Shown: positions 51,362 to 61,658, counted from the first letter of the stretch. The stretch is DNA of 64,000 nucleotides from an uncultured Rhodospirillaceae bacterium (GCA_913043025.1 CAJWLM010000007.1:65265-129264); one strand, 5' to 3'. A program made the numbers and translations. The notes: generated by a model from the letters alone, not told the origin.

Positions 51362-51371
51362 TTATCTGTAA
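51362..51371. promoter_or_regulatory. candidate BioR-type operator half-palindrome TTATCTGTAA
   Basis: 9/10 match to my recollection of the alphaproteobacterial BioR box TTATMKATAA; 16 nt upstream of bioB ATG in the bioF/bioB divergent spacer. Confidence 0.25.
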
Positions 51372-51386
51372 TCGAAAGTATTTTGA

Positions 51387-52388
51387 ATGAGTTTAGCTGA
51401 AATAGATCCCGCCGCCTTCGTTGAAAATGATGGACTACGCCACGACTGGCGCCGTAGCGAAATAATGGAGCTTTTTGCACTCAGCTTTAATGATCTTCTT
51501 TTCGAGGCTCAGACAGTTCATCGTCTGTATTTCAATCCCAATCAAGTGCAAAAAAGTCGTTTGCTTTCAATCAAAACTGGCGGGTGTCCTGAAGATTGCA
51601 AGTACTGCCCGCAAAGCGCGCACTATCATACTGATTTACCTGCCGAAAAATTATTAGAAGTGCAAGCAGTGCTAGCTGAAGCCAGGGCTGCAAAAGATAC
51701 TGGTGCCTCACGATTTTGTATGGGGGCGGCGTGGCGTAATCCGAAGGATCGTGATCTCGACAAGATAATTGCTATGATAAAAGGTGTAAAAGATCTTGGA
51801 ATGGAAAGCTGCATGACATTAGGAATGCTTACTAAAGAGCAGGCCTCACGACTTTCCGAAGCTGGCCTTGATTACTATAATCATAACGTTGATACATCAG
51901 AAGAATTTTACTCGGAAATTATCACAAGTCGTACCTATCAAGATAGGCTTGATACTATCGACCATGTTCGAGAGTCCGGCATGAATGTCTGTTCTGGCGG
52001 CATAGTTGGTCTTGGCGAGGAAAGAGAAGATCGAGCAGGCATGTTAATGACGCTTGCAAATATGAAACAGCATCCTGAGAGTGTTCCAATTAATATGTTG
52101 GTGAAGGTGGAGGGAACGCCACTTGACAACAACGAAGACTTTGATGTCCTGGAGTTCATTAGAACAATAGCAGTGGCCCGTATCTTGATGCCTAAAAGTT
52201 TTGTGCGTCTTTCTGCGGGACGTGAGAGCATGAGTGGTGAAGCTCAGGCTCTATGTTTTATGGCAGGAGCGAATTCGATTTTTTGTGGCGAAAAGCTTCT
52301 GACTACGTCTAATCCCGAAGTTGATGAGGATGATAATTTATTCGCGCGTTTAGGTATTTATCCTCTAGAGATGCCACTGAATGAGTGA
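51387..52388 (+). CDS. bioB: biotin synthase (radical SAM)
   Basis: 333 aa; radical-SAM cluster motif [19 protein letters not shown]. Confidence 0.96.
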   Translation: MSLAEIDPAAFVENDGLRHDWRRSEIMELFALSFNDLLFEAQTVHRLYFNPNQVQKSRLLSIKTGGCPEDCKYCPQSAHYHTDLPAEKLLEVQAVLAEARAAKDTGASRFCMGAAWRNPKDRDLDKIIAMIKGVKDLGMESCMTLGMLTKEQASRLSEAGLDYYNHNVDTSEEFYSEIITSRTYQDRLDTIDHVRESGMNVCSGGIVGLGEEREDRAGMLMTLANMKQHPESVPINMLVKVEGTPLDNNEDFDVLEFIRTIAVARILMPKSFVRLSAGRESMSGEAQALCFMAGANSIFCGEKLLTTSNPEVDEDDNLFARLGIYPLEMPLNE

Positions 52389-53679
52389 TCATTTGGTGAT
52401 GGATAATGCTTGGCCAGACTGGGCGAGGAATGGATATCCCCATTTGTGGTTACCTTACGCTCAGATGCAAACACAAACAAATCCGGAAGCAGCGGTCCGT
52501 GCTAGCGGAGTTCGGATTGAACTGGCCGATGGCACTCATTTGATTGATGGCACTGCATCTTGGTGGACTGCTTGCCACGGCTATTCGCATCCTCACATTC
52601 GTGAGGCCGTCGCATCGCAACTTGAGAAATTACCACATGTCATGCTTGGAGGGTTTATTCACGAGCCAGTTGCGCGGCTTTCAGAGCGCTTAGCCAATAT
52701 ATTACCTGGTGACCTCGGTCACGTTTTCTATTCTGAATCAGGGTCAGTTTCTATTGAGGTCGCGATGAAAATGGCCGTGCAATATTGGCTGAATCGTGGT
52801 CAGCGCGGGCGTGCTAAATTTGTTAGTTTTCTGAACGGTTATCATGGGGATACGATGACAGCGATGTCGGTTTGCGACCCTGAAGAGGGGATGCATTCGA
52901 TGTTCAAGGGGGTACTACCGGAGCAGTTCGTGATGCCTTTACCGAGAACTGATGAAGAATTTGAAGACTTTGAGTCCTTCCTTGCCGATGAATCTGTTCG
53001 CCTTGCAGCAGTACTCCTAGAACCCCTAGTACAAGCGGCAGGTGGTATGAAATTTCATTCACCCGAAATATTACGGCGTGTCAGCAAACTTTGCCATCGT
53101 TATGACTTACTGCTGATTCTAGATGAAATTGCTACAGGCTTTGGACGCACCGGTAGCATGTTTGCCTGCGAACAAGCAGGCATTGCTCCAGATATCATTA
53201 CCTTATCTAAGGCGCTCACCGGCGGTACAATGCCGTTAGCGGCGACCATTGCTAATGATAGGGTTTACGAAGCATTCCTATCAAAGGACGTAGGTAAAGC
53301 ATTTATGCATGGGCCTACTTATACTGGGCATGCATTGGGGTGCGCCGCAGCAAACGCCTCGCTGGATTTATTTGAACGTGAGGATCGATTGGCGCAGGTG
53401 GATTTAATACAAACCCAGCTAGTGGAAGAACTCCATGAATGTACCAAACTAAACGGGGTGATTGATGTCCGCGTAAAAGGCGCCATTGGCGTTGTCCAAT
53501 TGGACCGCGTGCCTGATTTAGCCGCTATGCGCAAACGATTTACGTTAGAAGGGGTTTGGGTTAGGCCTTTCGGAGACTTTGTTTATCTGATGCCTCCTCT
53601 AGTAATCGGACCAGATGATCTTAGCATTCTAACTCGCGCGGTACACAAGGTAGTTTCGCAATGGTCTAACGAACGGTAG
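52381..53679 (+). CDS. bioA: adenosylmethionine-8-amino-7-oxononanoate aminotransferase
   Basis: 432 aa class III aminotransferase; [14 protein letters not shown] and PLP-lysine LSKALTGG; 8-nt overlap with bioB. Confidence 0.94.
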   Translation: MSDHLVMDNAWPDWARNGYPHLWLPYAQMQTQTNPEAAVRASGVRIELADGTHLIDGTASWWTACHGYSHPHIREAVASQLEKLPHVMLGGFIHEPVARLSERLANILPGDLGHVFYSESGSVSIEVAMKMAVQYWLNRGQRGRAKFVSFLNGYHGDTMTAMSVCDPEEGMHSMFKGVLPEQFVMPLPRTDEEFEDFESFLADESVRLAAVLLEPLVQAAGGMKFHSPEILRRVSKLCHRYDLLLILDEIATGFGRTGSMFACEQAGIAPDIITLSKALTGGTMPLAATIANDRVYEAFLSKDVGKAFMHGPTYTGHALGCAAANASLDLFEREDRLAQVDLIQTQLVEELHECTKLNGVIDVRVKGAIGVVQLDRVPDLAAMRKRFTLEGVWVRPFGDFVYLMPPLVIGPDDLSILTRAVHKVVSQWSNER

Positions 53680-53747
53680 GCGCCGGAAATCAAATAAATT
53701 GAAACGTTATTAAGTATACGGCTTGAATATTGAAATCGGCACTTTCC

Positions 53748-54143
53748 TCACTTGGGGTTTAGTTTAAGAGACGCCGAGTTAATACAGTAACGTAGGCCAG
53801 TTGGAGGGGGGCCATCAGGGAATACGTGCCCGAGATGCCCATTACAGCGAGAGCACGTTACTTCCGTGCGCACCATTGAATGGCTGATGTCTTTTCGTTC
53901 AATAATTGTATTCTTATTTATTGGTTTGGAAAAACTTGGCCAACCAGTTCCAGAATTGAACTTGGCTTCAGAACTGAACAAGTCCCATCCGCAACAAACG
54001 CATTCGTACGTGCCTTCGATGGTACAATCATAAAATGCACCCGTGAAGGCTCTCTCAGTGCCCGCCTCCCGAGTGATGTGATATTGATCTGGCGTTAGCT
54101 GTTTGCGCCATTCAATTTCGGTTTTAATCACTTTTTCCGGCAT
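53748..54143 (-). CDS. msrB: peptide-methionine (R)-S-oxide reductase
   Basis: 131 aa; zinc CxxC pairs CVCCG / [12 protein letters not shown] and catalytic RYCINS. Confidence 0.95.
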   Translation of the reverse strand: MPEKVIKTEIEWRKQLTPDQYHITREAGTERAFTGAFYDCTIEGTYECVCCGWDLFSSEAKFNSGTGWPSFSKPINKNTIIERKDISHSMVRTEVTCSRCNGHLGHVFPDGPPPTGLRYCINSASLKLNPK

Positions 54144-54408
54144 GTTCCTCTCCTGGGTGCTGTGTAAAACTACGCCATTCTTACTTTACCTTAGCCGGTA
54201 TACTTAGTGCATAACATAATCTAAAAAGATTGAGCGTCCTGAAAACCTCACCAATTTAAGTTTCACATATGAACTGTGAGAGGGTGATTTACTACAATGG
54301 GTTATTGAGGCATTCATTCGGGCGAGGACTATAGTTCTTTTTATTATATCCGGAAAGTACACATCGATCATGCTTACACTTATATACTGATATTCTCTAA
54401 CCCTTGGT

Positions 54409-56013
54409 GTGAAGAGGAAGTATTTGGAAATTTCATTTGATGATGTGCTTGCTGATTTTGAAGCAGGACTATTTGAGCAAGCTGAGATTGGATGCCGGGC
54501 ATTACTTGGCACTTACTCAAACGACCCGGATGTATACCATTTGCTGGGCGCCGTGCTGTGTAAATTGGATCGGTTTGAGGAGGCGGTCACTGCTTTTCGA
54601 CAGGCCGCTAAATTAGCACCAGGTGACGGTGAGGTTTTTGCCAATCTCGGTGCAGCACTTGAAGCTCGGGGCGACTTCATTGCGGCCGAAGATGCATACT
54701 GCCATGCTCTCGAGCTGGGAGAAACCGATATTGAGATACTATATGGTGCCGCTTTGGCGGCAAAAATGTCTGGGAACACAGATACAGCGGTAGAGTTACT
54801 AGAGGCACATGCTCAACAACATCAAAACGACTTAAGAGTTTGGAACTTGCTTGCCGTTTGCCAAATGGAGTCCGGCAACATTAAAGGTGCGGCCCATGCG
54901 TTCAAACACCTTTTAACCATAGAACCGGATGATGTGAATGTTCTCGGAAACTATGCAGTTGTGCTGGCCAAGCTTGGCCGTCGCGAAGAGGCAAAAGGTC
55001 TCTTTGCAAAAGCTGTATTGCAGCCTAGCGTCGACGCTAGCTGCCTACTGAACTTCGGCATGTTATTGCAAGAAGGCGGGGAGGAGACACAAGCCTTAAA
55101 AATGTATCAAAGAGCTGCTGAGAGTGATCCCGAATCTCCTTTGATATGTGAAGCATTCGCTAAATTGGCTCGTCGTCACCATCAAGATGTCCGAGTTATT
55201 GAGCACTTGAATGAAACTGTATCGGAGCATCCAGCGCTCGATTTTGCATGGTTTTATCTTGCTGTGGCCCTGCTTGCTGAGGACGATTTAAGGTCAGGTA
55301 GTGATGCGATGGCCCGGTATATAGAGCTTGATCCTTCCGACCGCTTAGGGGGCAGACTAAAGCTTGGGGCCAGTGGAGCTGAGGATATCCCAAATCGTCC
55401 GACTTCTGCGTACCTAAAAAATTTCTATCGTATCCGTGCTCACACTTGGGATCAGACGGTCAAAGAAAATTATAATGGTCATGACTTGATACTAGCGGCC
55501 GTTGAGGAATCAATTCGCGAAATCGGACGCAATGGGCATGTGCTTGATGTTGGATGCGGTAGCGGTAGTTTAGGCAAAAGATTAAAATCATTGGTAAAAC
55601 GACTTGACGGAGTTGATATTTCACCCGAAATGGTGGCAGTGGCGAAGAGTAAAGGCGTTTATGAGGTAATAGAAGTTGCAGACTTAGTGGACTTCCTTTC
55701 ACAAAAGCATGAGGCCTACGACCTTATTGTTTCAGCTGCCGTATTATTTCATTTCCGTTCTCTTGATAAGGTATTGATCCTCATGGCCAATGCATTACGC
55801 CAGTCTGGGCAGTTAATCTTCACCGTATTTAAAAGTACAGATGGAACCTCAAGAATCAATGAACACAATTTTTTTGAGCATCCTTGGTCAGAAATAAAAG
55901 CTGCGATCATCGCAGCAGGCCTCACTCCAGTTTCCGTTAATGAGGCAATTCATGAATATAGCTCCGACGATGAGCCGCGCGAATGCTTTTGTGTGCGCTG
56001 CTATTTCAAATAA
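54409..56013 (+). CDS. TPR-repeat protein fused to class I SAM-dependent methyltransferase
   Basis: 534 aa; N-terminal about 300 aa of TPR units; C-terminal AdoMet motif I VLDVGCGSGSLG; GTG start. Confidence 0.85.
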   Translation: MKRKYLEISFDDVLADFEAGLFEQAEIGCRALLGTYSNDPDVYHLLGAVLCKLDRFEEAVTAFRQAAKLAPGDGEVFANLGAALEARGDFIAAEDAYCHALELGETDIEILYGAALAAKMSGNTDTAVELLEAHAQQHQNDLRVWNLLAVCQMESGNIKGAAHAFKHLLTIEPDDVNVLGNYAVVLAKLGRREEAKGLFAKAVLQPSVDASCLLNFGMLLQEGGEETQALKMYQRAAESDPESPLICEAFAKLARRHHQDVRVIEHLNETVSEHPALDFAWFYLAVALLAEDDLRSGSDAMARYIELDPSDRLGGRLKLGASGAEDIPNRPTSAYLKNFYRIRAHTWDQTVKENYNGHDLILAAVEESIREIGRNGHVLDVGCGSGSLGKRLKSLVKRLDGVDISPEMVAVAKSKGVYEVIEVADLVDFLSQKHEAYDLIVSAAVLFHFRSLDKVLILMANALRQSGQLIFTVFKSTDGTSRINEHNFFEHPWSEIKAAIIAAGLTPVSVNEAIHEYSSDDEPRECFCVRCYFK

Positions 56014-56363
56014 ATGAATTGCAAAACATAAAAAAATGGTAGTGCGGCTTATACGTGTGAGAGCATAAGCTGTTCAATTTTTCATTCGGTTGGCAAATAA
56101 CGTCCTGTGCTAGGCAATATATCATTCAGTTTATGACCCAAAAAAATTGGCAAAAAGTCGAAAGGGAAAATCTCTCCATGTTTGAACACACTCCGATGCG
56201 ACCGATTAGAGTATCACACAACAAGATCTTAGATACGGATCGAAGTGTTGTGAATATTGCTCTGAGCAAGGATATTCTCCGCACTTGTAGTCTCTAGGTG
56301 AGGAAATTAAAAAAGACCGAATTTCAAATATTATTCACAGAAAACAGTGAAAAAAGTTACTCA

Positions 56364-57146
56364 TTATACTTTTGGCATTATGCAAGAACAGCTTCCAAGT
56401 TCGCCAAAGTTAGCCTCGACCTTTGAGCCGGCGCCAATTGGTATAGGGCCTGTAGCGGCACCGGTGCTTATCCACTCTCCAGCTTTCAAGTCAATGCCAC
56501 GATTGGCAAGCTTATTTGCGAGAAACGATATCGAGTTTAATGGATTATCTAGCACCCAAGCACCAGTGGATTCTTTAATTAATTCGCCATCAACTATGTG
56601 TTGGACTTTGTGACTGGGCAAGTCAAAGCGCTGCCAATCTGTGATTCCTTCGGCGAATACGAAAGCGAAATTACCAGCGAAATCCATTGTTGAGCCTGGC
56701 CTACCAAGACTGCTCCGTGTCTTGAACCTCATGCCTGTAATTTCAATAGCTGGATGGATACTGCCCACCGCCTCTGCAGCTCTTGTGGTTGTGTAAGGAG
56801 CGCCAGAGGCTGGAAGGTCCTCTTTCAGAATTACAGCGAATTCACATTCAATGCCACCTACTGTGGCTTGGCCGTTGGAAAAAATATGGCCATTATCAAA
56901 TACAAATTCTTCAAAAATAGGGCCATAGGCTGGTTCAGTAACTCCTGCTTTTTTTTGCAGCTCCTTATTTGTTAGGGCCACTTTCCAACCGTTATGGGTT
57001 ACGTTAGCGTGGTTTAAAATTGCAAGCTGAACTTCTATCGCCTCGTCTGGTGTCTGTGCTTTACAATCGGCTGGAATATCGTCCAGCAATTCATTCTGAA
57101 GGTGTGCGGTAACAAGGATTTCAGCAGCTTTAATCGCATCGACCAT
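56364..57146 (-). CDS. 2-keto-4-pentenoate hydratase family protein (MhpD/HpcG-like), paralogue A
   Basis: 260 aa; GWKVALT, EPAYGPIFE, IECEFAV, HPAIEI, NPLNS motifs; strong GAGGAGG SD. Confidence 0.8.
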   Translation of the reverse strand: MVDAIKAAEILVTAHLQNELLDDIPADCKAQTPDEAIEVQLAILNHANVTHNGWKVALTNKELQKKAGVTEPAYGPIFEEFVFDNGHIFSNGQATVGGIECEFAVILKEDLPASGAPYTTTRAAEAVGSIHPAIEITGMRFKTRSSLGRPGSTMDFAGNFAFVFAEGITDWQRFDLPSHKVQHIVDGELIKESTGAWVLDNPLNSISFLANKLANRGIDLKAGEWISTGAATGPIPIGAGSKVEANFGELGSCSCIMPKV

Positions 57147-57383
57147 TAAAAATTCCTCCTCATAATCCTAATTTTCATTTTATGCTCTACTCAGTTAGAT
57201 TTCCCGTTACTCTGCCTCAAGTCGAAAATGTATGCTAGCCCTGAAAACGGCCTAATTCTTTCCCCAAACCCCGCTGTTTGTGAATAGAGATTCTGAGGTT
57301 CTATCCATCACCACAGTATATTAAGAATCAGCCTTGTAATTGAACAAAAGTATCCCACCAATCTTCATTGGCGTTTGGTAAAA

Positions 57384-58328
57384 CTAATCCTTGAGAGGCC
57401 TAGCCCATTTGAAAGCTCGTACAAATTTGTCAACAAGCTGCGAGGCATGGTCTAGCTCTTTCGCACGGGCACGCGCATTTATCTGGATTATAGAATCATT
57501 TCGCTCTAGCAAATACAGTCCCGTCCAAAGTTTAGTTTTATTCTTGGGGTCATTCACTAACCATTGCGCTTGGAGACCCTTTAAACCATGCGTTTTTGCA
57601 ATGCCATAGGTGCCTCTGCTGTGACGCCGTGCATCGCCATAGCGTTGCAAAATCATCGCGCGGATTTGATCAAACAGTTGGCGAAGCGCTTGTTTTTGTT
57701 TGGGGTATATAACGATTTCAGCCGAAACAGCACTTTCACCAAGCCATTTGGCATACTTCCCTTTGACGTGCGGCATGTCGGTTTTGATTTTTCTCAAGCC
57801 TGTGCGGTGAAATTCTGAGATATTTGCTCCAAATAGAAACCCTGTTCTCGTATGACGCAAACTGAAGTCATGACTGCGCGGCACAAAGGGGGAACTGCTG
57901 TTTTCACGAATTGTTATGGCCTCATTAACTATTTGTTGTATTTCACTAGTTTTGCCCTCTTTGTTATGAAGAGTATAAGCTAGTACTTCGAGCAGTTGGC
58001 CGCGAACTTGCGGCAAGGGATCGAGCAGAGTACCTGTGTTGAGACCTTTTCTCGCTGCTTTTCTAGCCTTATCTAGCAAACCACTAAAAGCCAGGGCCTC
58101 AGCTAATTGAAGGTGTGTCACTGCCATAGGTAGTCCGTCGGTGGCCTTTTCCCTTGCGTGTTCAAGGTATCCGACTGCAGAAACCCAATCGCCAAGCTTT
58201 CGGGCCATCTCACTCCGGCCCATCATTTTATCCCAGCCACCCTCGTGTGGTTTGCCTTCTTGATGTGCGGCCACCCGTAATCCAAGAAATGCAAAAAAGA
58301 TTATAAAAGAAAGAAGTATTGCTTTCAT
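57384..58328 (-). CDS. secreted/exported protein of unknown function
   Basis: Start set to ATG 58328 (MKAILLSFIIFFAFLGLRVAAHQ signal peptide), which forms ATGA with the stop of the upstream hydratase gene; helical-repeat-like N-half, basic C-half; no family recognised. Confidence 0.65.
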   Translation of the reverse strand: MKAILLSFIIFFAFLGLRVAAHQEGKPHEGGWDKMMGRSEMARKLGDWVSAVGYLEHAREKATDGLPMAVTHLQLAEALAFSGLLDKARKAARKGLNTGTLLDPLPQVRGQLLEVLAYTLHNKEGKTSEIQQIVNEAITIRENSSSPFVPRSHDFSLRHTRTGFLFGANISEFHRTGLRKIKTDMPHVKGKYAKWLGESAVSAEIVIYPKQKQALRQLFDQIRAMILQRYGDARRHSRGTYGIAKTHGLKGLQAQWLVNDPKNKTKLWTGLYLLERNDSIIQINARARAKELDHASQLVDKFVRAFKWARPLKD

Positions 58329-59137
58329 TGTGCTGTACAGTGCAACCCGCATTGTCCAAGTGGTCCGAAGTCAGCAACTAGCTCACAAGATTGTGGGACC
58401 GGATGCATCCCCGTGCAACTTCCAGTAGTTATATATTGACCTTCTGTCACAGTGTAGCCGTCGACGCAAAGTCGATTAATTATCCAGGCGAGGGACTTAA
58501 GCGGATTACCCAAAACATTTTTCCCCTCCCCTGTCGCGGCTTGCTCACCATTGACGCTGAGTGATACCGGTTGATTTATTATGTCGAGAGAGCTCCAGTC
58601 TGATGTTCCAGCGCCAGCCACAAATGCATAATTACCGCAATGATCGGCGACAACGGCCCGTGCGCCTATGTCAAATGCACCATTAACACGCACATGTACT
58701 ACTTCAATCGCTGGATGGAGCGATGCTACGCCGGATATTATCTCATCTAAGGAATATTCCCTATCGCACGGCCCAAAGTTGGTGCCTATTTTGAAAGCGT
58801 ACTCACATTCAATTCGGCGCAAACAGTGGCCGGGCGATTTTAGAGAATCTCCAGAGCTAAAAGTTGACCCCTCGAAAAGTGGCCCATAGGCGGGCTCATC
58901 AGTTTTCATCATCTCCATTGCTGCAGCCGCAGTAAAAGCCGCTTTCCAACCCGTTAAAGCTTCGCCATAGTCCTTAGCTACGGCACGTTGAATTGCATAG
59001 GCTTCGGTAAGATTTTTTGGAAAGCTCTCGATTTGAATAACTGTGTCGGACTTACGGGCGGCGATGAGTGCATTAGCGGTGGTGGAGATATCCAATGTTT
59101 GATCCTCTTCGTTATTTTTCTCTTTGTAAGGTGGCAA
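58325..59137 (-). CDS. 2-keto-4-pentenoate hydratase family protein, paralogue B (Cys-rich)
   Basis: GWKAAFT, EPAYGPLFE, IECEYAF, HPAIEV, NPLKS align with paralogue A; 9 Cys including C-terminal QCGLHC; no ATG start - TTG at 59137 or, better supported by GAGGA SD, TTG at 59095. Confidence 0.78.
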   Translation of the reverse strand: MPPYKEKNNEEDQTLDISTTANALIAARKSDTVIQIESFPKNLTEAYAIQRAVAKDYGEALTGWKAAFTAAAAMEMMKTDEPAYGPLFEGSTFSSGDSLKSPGHCLRRIECEYAFKIGTNFGPCDREYSLDEIISGVASLHPAIEVVHVRVNGAFDIGARAVVADHCGNYAFVAGAGTSDWSSLDIINQPVSLSVNGEQAATGEGKNVLGNPLKSLAWIINRLCVDGYTVTEGQYITTGSCTGMHPVPQSCELVADFGPLGQCGLHCTAQ

Positions 59138-59150
59138 GGCTTTTTAAAGT

Positions 59151-59185
59151 AGCATTTTTAAAGTCCAGTCAGCTCGAAAAATGCT
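59151..59185. repeat. inverted repeat AGCATTTTT-N17-AAAAATGCT
   Basis: Read directly; 9-bp perfect arms between aminotransferase stop (59300) and hydratase B start. Confidence 0.8.
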
Positions 59186-59299
59186 TGCCGGAGCATATAA
59201 ATATTTGCGTTTATCTCTTCTTTGGATTCTTTTATCAGTCACGTGAAAAATGACCTCGGACCTTTTGGTGGGCCAAAGAGGGGTAATTGCAAATCTTAA

Positions 59300-60502
59300 C
59301 TAGATTAATGCTGCGCAGGCCCGTTGGATCCGGGCACAGCAATCTTGAACTACATCTGTCGCGGCGGCGTATGATAAACGAAAAAAAGGCTCAAGTCCGA
59401 ATGCTGCGCCGTGCACGATGCCCACACCTTCTGTTTCTAAAATATAGTTACAAAAGTCTTCATCGGTTTTTATCGTTTTTCCTGCGGGCGTTTGTTTTCC
59501 TAGGCATCCAGCAATGCAAGGATATACATAGAAAGCCCCTTCAGGAGTGGGGCACTCTAACCCATTCGTCTGGTTGAGCATAGAAACGCAAATATCGCGC
59601 CGTTTTTGAAATGTCTGGACCCATTCTTTTAGGAAAGATTGATCGCCTTCCAACGCGGCGACAGCGGCCCATTGACTAATAATACTGGTACCTGTGCAGG
59701 CTTGACTCTGAACCATGTTCATTTTTTTTATCAATTCTACCGGTCCACCTGCAAAACCAACTCTCCAGCCCGTCATACTGTAGCCTTTTGAGCAGGCATT
59801 GAGGGTCAGCGTCCTCTCTTTAAGCTGAGGGGCTACTTCTGCAAAAGTGACAAAATTAAAACCGTCATAAACAATATGCTCGTATACATCGTCCACAAAT
59901 ATGGAAATATGTGGGTGTTTCTCAAGTACTTCAGCTAATGCCTTGTAGTCAGCAGCGGAATACGCTGCACCCGTTGGATTAGAGGGGCTATTTAAAAAAA
60001 ACCATTTTGTCTTGGGTGTTATTGCTGCTTCCAATTTCTCGGGTGTTATCTTGAAATTCTCCGCAAGACCGCAATTCACAATTATCGGTTCACCTTCGCA
60101 AAGCAGAACAATATCGGTATAACTCACCCAATATGGTGCGGGGATTATCACCTCGTCTCCGGGTGATAGCGTCGCCATCATCGCATTGAAAATAACCTGT
60201 TTGCCACCAACCGTCACACAGACTTCGTCAATACTATATTCGAGATTATTATCACGTTTGAACTTAGATGCTATGGCCTCGCGTAGCTCAGGAATGCCAG
60301 CTGGGGGCGGATATTTCGTTTCGCCGCGGCGCATGGCGTCAATAGCCGCATCTACGACGTGCGTAGGAGTGTCAAAGTCAGGTTCCCCTGCGGCAAGGCT
60401 TACGACGTCATTACCTGCGCGTTTGAGATCGTTTGCCTTTGTGTTGATCGCGATCGTTGGGGATGGCTTTATGCGCTTTAAGCGCTCAGCGAGAAGGGAC
60501 AT
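59300..60502 (-). CDS. aspartate/aromatic aminotransferase, class I
   Basis: 400 aa; LAAGEPDFDTP, PSNPTG, PLP-lysine motif SKGYSMTGWRVG. Confidence 0.93.
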   Translation of the reverse strand: MSLLAERLKRIKPSPTIAINTKANDLKRAGNDVVSLAAGEPDFDTPTHVVDAAIDAMRRGETKYPPPAGIPELREAIASKFKRDNNLEYSIDEVCVTVGGKQVIFNAMMATLSPGDEVIIPAPYWVSYTDIVLLCEGEPIIVNCGLAENFKITPEKLEAAITPKTKWFFLNSPSNPTGAAYSAADYKALAEVLEKHPHISIFVDDVYEHIVYDGFNFVTFAEVAPQLKERTLTLNACSKGYSMTGWRVGFAGGPVELIKKMNMVQSQACTGTSIISQWAAVAALEGDQSFLKEWVQTFQKRRDICVSMLNQTNGLECPTPEGAFYVYPCIAGCLGKQTPAGKTIKTDEDFCNYILETEGVGIVHGAAFGLEPFFRLSYAAATDVVQDCCARIQRACAALI

Positions 60503-60806
60503 AACAGGACTCCAAACCTGAATGATTTTACAATATTTTTAACGATACGCTGATGACGTCCGCTATTCAACGGTATTTGTGCGTGATTGACCATGTTCCC
60601 TATCGCGCCTTAATGTAATAAGGCGTAAACGGGAGGGGTATATAACTAAAGTACTGATTGAAGCCCTAGAATATCATTCTAAAGTTATTCATAATATGGT
60701 GAAGGTAAAAATTTCTGGTAAAGGTCGTGGTTATAGTTAGTAGACATTGTATCAGTGGCTTCTGTAACAGCCGGGCTTGCCATGAACCTCTAACTTTAAT
60801 CATTAG

Positions 60807-61658
60807 ATGACTGTTGCTGTCACGTTTCTAGTTCTTGCGGCCGCTATGATGCATGCAATCTGGAATGCTTTCATTAAAAGAGCGGCAGACAAAGTAGCAA
60901 TGGCCACATTGATATATGGCTCCGGGCTAATCGTTGCCGTTCCCGGAATAATTCTTTTTCCTTTCCCCTCATTAGAAATTTGGCAACTAATTTTCGTTCA
61001 TGTTTTCTGTCATTTGATCTATAAGATGGCTTTGGTTGCAATGTACGAGGAAGGTGATCTTAGTCAGGTATACCCAACTACCCGGGGTATAGCACCATTG
61101 ATTACTACTTTACTGGCTATTCCTGTTATTGGGGAGGTGCCTAATGTACAGCAAATTGGCAGCATTATCGTTATTTGTCTTGGGTTGTTAATTTTTGTGT
61201 TTGAGCCCGGCGCATTTTCTCAAAAACGATTCTGGCCGCTAGTTCTCTCCGGTATCGCCGGAGTCTCAATGAGTATATACACCATCGCCGACACAATCGC
61301 GATACGTCTTCCTGAAGCACGTTTTGCATTCATTGGGTGGATTTTTTTATTTGATGCCCTGACCATGTTTGGTCTTGCTTATTTTCGTCGCGGTAACCGC
61401 TTAGCGAGGCTTCTTTTAGCGGATTGGAAGATTGGCATTTCCTGCGGTATCGCCGCATTTTTGAATTTTGGTATAGTGTTGTGGGCTCTTAGCATTATGC
61501 AAATCGGACATGTGGTGGCGCTCCGAGAAACAAGCGTGGTATTCGCAGCACTCATCGGCAAATTCTTCATGAAGGAAAGATTTGGCAATAGGCGAATTAT
61601 AGCTTCTATTGTGATTGCCGGGGGCATCATTGTAATGCATTTCGCAGCGGCAGACTAA
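60807..61658 (+). CDS. EamA/DMT-superfamily permease
   Basis: 283 aa, 10 TM, two EamA-like halves. Confidence 0.8.
   Translation: MTVAVTFLVLAAAMMHAIWNAFIKRAADKVAMATLIYGSGLIVAVPGIILFPFPSLEIWQLIFVHVFCHLIYKMALVAMYEEGDLSQVYPTTRGIAPLITTLLAIPVIGEVPNVQQIGSIIVICLGLLIFVFEPGAFSQKRFWPLVLSGIAGVSMSIYTIADTIAIRLPEARFAFIGWIFLFDALTMFGLAYFRRGNRLARLLLADWKIGISCGIAAFLNFGIVLWALSIMQIGHVVALRETSVVFAALIGKFFMKERFGNRRIIASIVIAGGIIVMHFAAAD

Noticed and set aside
54204-54512. 102-aa minus-strand ORF in the msrB / TPR-methyltransferase spacer
   Set aside because: It overlaps the start of the TPR-methyltransferase gene, has no SD and an implausible composition. It is probably a chance ORF in AT-rich promoter DNA.
56047-56081. 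Hairpin GCTTAT-N12-ATAAGC followed by TGTTCAATTTTT after the TPR-methyltransferase gene, as a possible intrinsic terminator
   Set aside because: A 6-bp AT-rich stem with a 12-nt loop is weak, and the T-run is interrupted. I did not list it as a terminator feature. The 350-bp convergent gap (56014-56363) otherwise showed nothing I could support.
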